Virus record (IMG/VR): IMGVR_UViG_3300021062_000001
DNA from: a virus
Strand: one strand, 5' to 3'
Length of the DNA stretch: 64,000 nucleotides
Below the pieces are notes generated by a model, which did not search any database, was not told the origin of the DNA, and saw nothing but the letters and a program-made list of their open reading frames with translations. Below, in pieces: positions 59,671 through 64,000 of this stretch. The translations under genes and the position numbers were made by a program. The number at the start of each line of letters is the position of its first letter. Within the stretch, counting starts at the first letter, position 1.

Positions 59671-62427
59671 GTGCAAACGACGGTCGGCCAACTCCTCGTC
59701 AACGAGCACCTGCCCGAGGACCTGCGGAACCACGACCGCGTCCTCGACAAGAAGGGCATCAACGCGCTCCTCCGCGACGTCGCCCAGCGGCACCCCGAGA
59801 AGTACCGCGAGATCTCCCACGCCCTCTCGACGATCGGCTGGCGGGCCGCCCAGGAGACGGGCGGCTACAGCTTCGGCATGCAGCACCTCCGCCCGGCGAA
59901 GGCCGCCCTGGCCCTGCGGGCGAAGCTCCGCGAGCAGATGCGGCAGGTGCTCGACGACGACAACCTCGACGACAAGACCCGCGAGGACCGCATCACCCGG
60001 CTGGCCGGCGCGCTCCAGAAGCAGCAGCAGGAGGATGTGTTCAACGAGAGCCTGGCCGAGAAGAACCCGCTCGCCTACCAAGTGCTCTCCGGCTCCCGCG
60101 GCAACAAGATGAACCTCGCGAGCCTGCGGGGCTCGGACATGCTGTACGCCGACCACCGGGACAACGTGATCCCGGTGCCGGTCCTGTCGAGCTACAGCGA
60201 GGGGCTGAAGCCGTGGGAGTATTGGGCCGGGACGTACGGTGCCCGCAAGGGTGTCATGGACGTGAAGTTCGCGACGCAGGACGCCGGCTTCCTGTCCAAG
60301 CAGCTGAACCAGGTCACGCACCGGCTCGTGGTCGAGGCCCTCGACCGCGACGGCGACGGCGAGCCGGACGCCCCGCCCCGCGGGCTCCCGGTCGACACGG
60401 ACGACATGGACAACGAGGGCTCGCTCCTCGCCCACGACGTCGGCCCGTACAAGCGGAACACGGTGCTGACCCCGAAGATCCTGTCGCACCTCCGGCAGAT
60501 CGGGCAGAAGCGCATCCTCGTGCGGAGCCCGGCCGTGGGCGGCACCCCGAACGGCGGCGTGTACGCCCGCGACGTCGGCGTCCGCGAGCACGGCACGCTC
60601 CCCGGCCGGGGCGAGATGCCCGGCCTCGCCGCCGTGCAGGCGCTGTCCGAGCCGCTGACGCAGGCCCAGATCTCCTCCAAGCACACGGGCGGCGTCGCCG
60701 GCGAGGGCAAGGCGATCTCCGGCTTCGAGTACGTCAACCAGCTCGTGCAGGTGCCGAAGAAGATGAAGGGCGGGGCGGCCCACTCCGACGAGGACGGCGT
60801 CGTCGGGCGGATCATCCCCGCCCCGGCCGGCGGCAACTACGTCTACGTGAACGGCAAGGAGCACTACGTCCCCGAGGGCGTCGAGCTGAAGGTCAAGCCG
60901 GGCGACCAGGTCGAGGCGGGCGACGTGCTGACCGCCGGCCTGCCGAACCCGTCCAAGATCGTCGAGCACAAGGGCATCGGCGAGGGCCGGCGGTACTTCG
61001 TCAAGGCGTTCCGGGAGGCGATGGGCGGGGCGAACATGACCGCCAACCGCCGGAACATCGAGCTGCTGTCGCGGGGGCTCATCAACCACGTCCGGCTGAC
61101 GGACGAGGTGGGCGAGCACGCGCCGGACGACCTCGTGCCCTACCACCTGGTCGAGAGCCGGTACCAGCCCCGCGACGACGCCGCCGAGGTCGAGCCGACG
61201 CTGGCCGGCAACCAGTACCTCGAACAGCCCGTGCTGCACTACACGGTCGGCACCCGCGTCCGCCCGAGCGTGATGCGGGACCTGCAGGAGTTCGGCGTGA
61301 AGAAGGTCCGCGTCCACCGCGACCCGCCGCCGTTCAAGGCCGAGATGGTCCGCGGCATGACCAGCCTGGCGAACGACCCGGACTGGATGACACGGATGTA
61401 CGGCTCGGGGCTCAAGGGCGGGCTGCTGAAGGCGGTCCACCGGGGCGGCACGAGCGACGAGGCGGGCACGAGCTTCGTCCCGAGCCTGGCCAAGGCCGTC
61501 GACTTCGGCCGCACGCCCGGCGGCATCGTCCGCAAGCCGTCGCCCGGGTGGGCACCCGAGCCGCCCGCCGCGATCAAGGTCGGCAGCTCCCCCGGCGTCC
61601 CGGGCGGACCGGCCGCCGGCGACGCCCCCGGCGCGCCGGGCGGGATCGGCTCGCCCCCGGGCGGGCTCGCCCCGCCGAAGCTCGCGCCGGCACCCGCCGC
61701 TCCGAAGCCCGCAGCGCCGGCCCCGCCGCCGGCGGCGACGCCCGCCCCCGCGCCGGCACCGGTGAAGCAGTACATGCCCGACACGGCCGCCCCGGAGCCA
61801 CAGGCCCCGCTGTGGTTCGGCGGGTACCAGCCGCAGCGCGGGTTCAACCAGCAGGCGGCGACCGCCCTGATGCCGTACGCCCAACACCTGGGGCCGCTCG
61901 CCCCGCTGGCGGTCATGGCCGGCGTCGACTTCAAGGCCCTCGGCACGCTGACCGGGCAGAAGGACTGGACGCACGGCACCGACTACACGCAGGGCCTTAG
62001 GACGCCGCAGACGCCCGCACCCGCCCTCCCGGCCCCTCCGACGCCCCCGGCGGCTCCTGCGACGCCCCAGGCCCCTCCGGCGGCCCCTGCGGTCCCGCCC
62101 CAGCAGCCGCCGGCACCCGTCCAGCCGCCGCCGGCCGCCCAACAACCGGGCTCAGCCGCTCCGAAGCCGCCTCTGCAGTTCAAGAGCGAGGCCGAGTTCT
62201 TCGCCCACCCGCCGGTGCAGACCGCGCTGCAGGGCTTCCGGGGCAAGCTGTTCAGCCAGGTGACGCCGCAGGGCTTCCACTGGGCAGGCGAGATCGCCGG
62301 CATGCCGCAGATGCAGCAGGCGGTGAAGTGGGAGCTGGAGCAGTACGTGCACCACCAGGACCCGGCCCGCCTGCAGGCCGGGCTCGACGCCGTGTACCAA
62401 GTCGTGATGAAGGCGAGGCAGCCATAA
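59671..62427 (+). CDS. multisubunit RNA polymerase beta' C-terminal (RpoC2-like) half with ~280-aa Pro/Ala-rich C-terminal extension
   Basis: Starts at the conserved TTVGQLLVNEHLP; trigger-loop region GLAAVQALSEPLTQAQISSKHTGGVAG; tail from about residue 630 is P/A-rich. Confidence 0.85.
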   Translation: MQTTVGQLLVNEHLPEDLRNHDRVLDKKGINALLRDVAQRHPEKYREISHALSTIGWRAAQETGGYSFGMQHLRPAKAALALRAKLREQMRQVLDDDNLDDKTREDRITRLAGALQKQQQEDVFNESLAEKNPLAYQVLSGSRGNKMNLASLRGSDMLYADHRDNVIPVPVLSSYSEGLKPWEYWAGTYGARKGVMDVKFATQDAGFLSKQLNQVTHRLVVEALDRDGDGEPDAPPRGLPVDTDDMDNEGSLLAHDVGPYKRNTVLTPKILSHLRQIGQKRILVRSPAVGGTPNGGVYARDVGVREHGTLPGRGEMPGLAAVQALSEPLTQAQISSKHTGGVAGEGKAISGFEYVNQLVQVPKKMKGGAAHSDEDGVVGRIIPAPAGGNYVYVNGKEHYVPEGVELKVKPGDQVEAGDVLTAGLPNPSKIVEHKGIGEGRRYFVKAFREAMGGANMTANRRNIELLSRGLINHVRLTDEVGEHAPDDLVPYHLVESRYQPRDDAAEVEPTLAGNQYLEQPVLHYTVGTRVRPSVMRDLQEFGVKKVRVHRDPPPFKAEMVRGMTSLANDPDWMTRMYGSGLKGGLLKAVHRGGTSDEAGTSFVPSLAKAVDFGRTPGGIVRKPSPGWAPEPPAAIKVGSSPGVPGGPAAGDAPGAPGGIGSPPGGLAPPKLAPAPAAPKPAAPAPPPAATPAPAPAPVKQYMPDTAAPEPQAPLWFGGYQPQRGFNQQAATALMPYAQHLGPLAPLAVMAGVDFKALGTLTGQKDWTHGTDYTQGLRTPQTPAPALPAPPTPPAAPATPQAPPAAPAVPPQQPPAPVQPPPAAQQPGSAAPKPPLQFKSEAEFFAHPPVQTALQGFRGKLFSQVTPQGFHWAGEIAGMPQMQQAVKWELEQYVHHQDPARLQAGLDAVYQVVMKARQP

Positions 62428-64000
62428 TGCGATCCACGTTCGCCCCTCTCCTCGAACCGTTGCTCAAGGCCGCCGAGGGCGTGCCCGGCAGCACCGGCGC
62501 GGCTACGGTCCCGGGCGGCGGCGGTGCCCCCAAGCCGATCGGCCTGAACTTCGGCGGCGGCGGTGCCGGCGGCGGCGGCACGAACCCGTACCTCAAGCCC
62601 GCGACCCAGCCCACGACCGTGCCGCCCGGCACGCTCGCCCCGGCCCCGAACCGGCCGGCGGCGGCGGCACCCGCCGCCCCCGCGCCCGCGCAGCCCGTGC
62701 AGCCCAACGCCAACGGCGGCGGCTTCCACCTGCCCGGACCCGGCGGCGGCCAGCCGCAACCGCAACAGCAGCAGCAGCCCGCGCCGGCACCGCCCCCGGC
62801 CGGCGGCAACCCGTTCCTGTCGAACCCGTACCTCCAGGGTCCGCCCAAGCTCGACCCGAGCGCGTACGACCAGCAGACGCTGGCCAACGCCGGCACGAGC
62901 TGGGCCGGCGGCACCCCGCCGCCCGAGGTCGCGGCCCGTTGGGATTCGGTGCGGAACCCGCCGTGGCGGCCGAGCGTGCGGTCGCAGATGAGCCGCGACC
63001 GGTGGCCCAACGTCCCGTTCGTGGGGCTGCAGGACCCGACGAACACCGGGCAGGGCGTCCCCGGCGGCGCGATGGCGATGCAGAACAACCTGTTCGCCGG
63101 CACGCTCGCCAACGACTTCGCCCTCCGCCCGACCGCGTGGGGCGCGGGCCAGGGCGCGAGGCTGCTCACCGGCTCGACCCCGGCGTGGCTCGGCGGCACG
63201 AGCCGGTTCCTCGGCGGGGCCAGCCACCTCGGCAACGCGGCCGCCCCGCTGATGCTGAACTACGACGTGACCGAGGACGGCAGCGGGAACATGAACCAGG
63301 CGGTCATGTCGCCGGCCATGCTCCGCATGCTCGCGACCGGGAAGTACGCCCCCACCGCTGCCCCCGGCGCGACGGCGCTCGGCCGGGCCGGTGCCGCCGG
63401 CGGTCGCGTCCTGCCGTACGCCTACTGGGCGGCCGAGCTGGGCAAGGAGGGGTACGGCAGCTACGCCCGGGGCAAGGAGCTGGACCCGAACGCGAACTGG
63501 CTCGTGGCGACCGGGAAGGGCAACGCCGACCGGTACATGCAGCTGACGCGGGCGAACGACCGGGCCGCCCACGGCAGCTGGGCCGACGTCATGGCCCAGG
63601 CGGGCGAGAACATGGACCACCCGGTCCAGATGCTCGAACACGCCCCCGAGGTCGTCTACCGGGGCGGGCAGGCGATCAACGCCGGTGCCGGGGCCTGGTC
63701 GTCCGCCCGCGACGTGAACGCCGGCTCGGGCCGACTGGACACGGCGCTGGAGGCCGCCAACGCCGCGCGGCAGCAGTCCGGGGCGACGCCGTACGAGCGG
63801 CGGATCGGCAGCACCCAGGTCGACTTCACCGACCGGACCTCGAACGCCTGGCAGCTCGGGTTCCTGCCCGACGACAAGCGGGTCCGGCCGAAGCACCTGG
63901 GCACGGGCGAGGTGTACGAGGACGAGCGGCTCTTGCCCCAGCGGTGGCAGGTTGCCCGCCGGCTCGACGCGGCCCGGCCGTTCATCCACCCGAACCTCCC
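62427..64000 (+). CDS. hypothetical protein, 3'-truncated by the window edge (not on ORF track)
   Basis: ATG 62427 overlaps the TAA of the upstream gene (TAATG). Frame is open and GC3-rich to position 64000. MRSTFAPLLEPLLKAAEG..., G/P/Q-rich N-terminus. Confidence 0.7.
   Translation, partial: MRSTFAPLLEPLLKAAEGVPGSTGAATVPGGGGAPKPIGLNFGGGGAGGGGTNPYLKPATQPTTVPPGTLAPAPNRPAAAAPAAPAPAQPVQPNANGGGFHLPGPGGGQPQPQQQQQPAPAPPPAGGNPFLSNPYLQGPPKLDPSAYDQQTLANAGTSWAGGTPPPEVAARWDSVRNPPWRPSVRSQMSRDRWPNVPFVGLQDPTNTGQGVPGGAMAMQNNLFAGTLANDFALRPTAWGAGQGARLLTGSTPAWLGGTSRFLGGASHLGNAAAPLMLNYDVTEDGSGNMNQAVMSPAMLRMLATGKYAPTAAPGATALGRAGAAGGRVLPYAYWAAELGKEGYGSYARGKELDPNANWLVATGKGNADRYMQLTRANDRAAHGSWADVMAQAGENMDHPVQMLEHAPEVVYRGGQAINAGAGAWSSARDVNAGSGRLDTALEAANAARQQSGATPYERRIGSTQVDFTDRTSNAWQLGFLPDDKRVRPKHLGTGEVYEDERLLPQRWQVARRLDAARPFIHPNL

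Noticed and set aside
1-64000. CRISPR arrays, rRNA genes, integrase/transposase/recombinase genes, prophage att sites
   Set aside because: No regularly spaced direct repeats were seen, nor any rRNA-like conserved blocks. No tyrosine/serine recombinase or DDE motifs were recognised in any credible ORF.

Overview
GC-rich 64-kb segment (about two-thirds G+C by eye) that reads like part of a large, jumbo-type phage or virus-like genome from a GC-rich bacterium. It holds about 75 tightly packed genes, many with ATGA or TGATG start/stop overlaps. All are on the + strand except one, a tandem csrA at 42092-42583. Recognisable content:
- A two-polypeptide multisubunit RNA polymerase: beta fused to the N-terminal half of beta' (52501-57006), and the C-terminal half of beta' (59671-62427).
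- A class I ribonucleotide reductase: NrdB carrying an N-terminal ATP-cone, plus a short NrdA.
- A tubulin/FtsZ-family GTPase followed by an orphan receiver domain.
- A Topo VI-A/Spo11-like mini-A protein, a 2H phosphoesterase, InPase-like and HAD modules, a LuxR-type HTH protein and a SAM methyltransferase.
- At least seven glycosyltransferase-like genes and a beta-helix tailspike-like protein.
- A possible portal, giant low-complexity proteins (one with a zincin HExxH site), two lipoproteins and a Tat-signal protein.

I saw no rRNA, tRNA, CRISPR array, integrase or transposase. Most long antisense and alternate-frame ORFs on the track are GC-composition artefacts.

The most notable non-coding signals are:
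1. Twelve same-orientation copies of an AT-rich palindromic box (GATCyAAAAACCGGTTTTGAGAAGGA). Ten sit 14-41 nt upstream of a start codon, one 134 nt upstream, and one inside the RNAP gene.
2. A second family of sigma70-like -35/-10 pairs whose 17-nt spacer carries a CCCCC-N4-GGGGG mini-hairpin.
3. Two GGA-rich structured non-coding regions (31945-32212 and 40110-40453), plus a leader hairpin at 15597-15610. All present AAGGAU/AGGGAU hexaloops.

Together with the tandem CsrA, signal 3 suggests a virus-encoded Csr/Rsm-type post-transcriptional circuit. All calls are by-eye motif recognition and none has been checked against a database.
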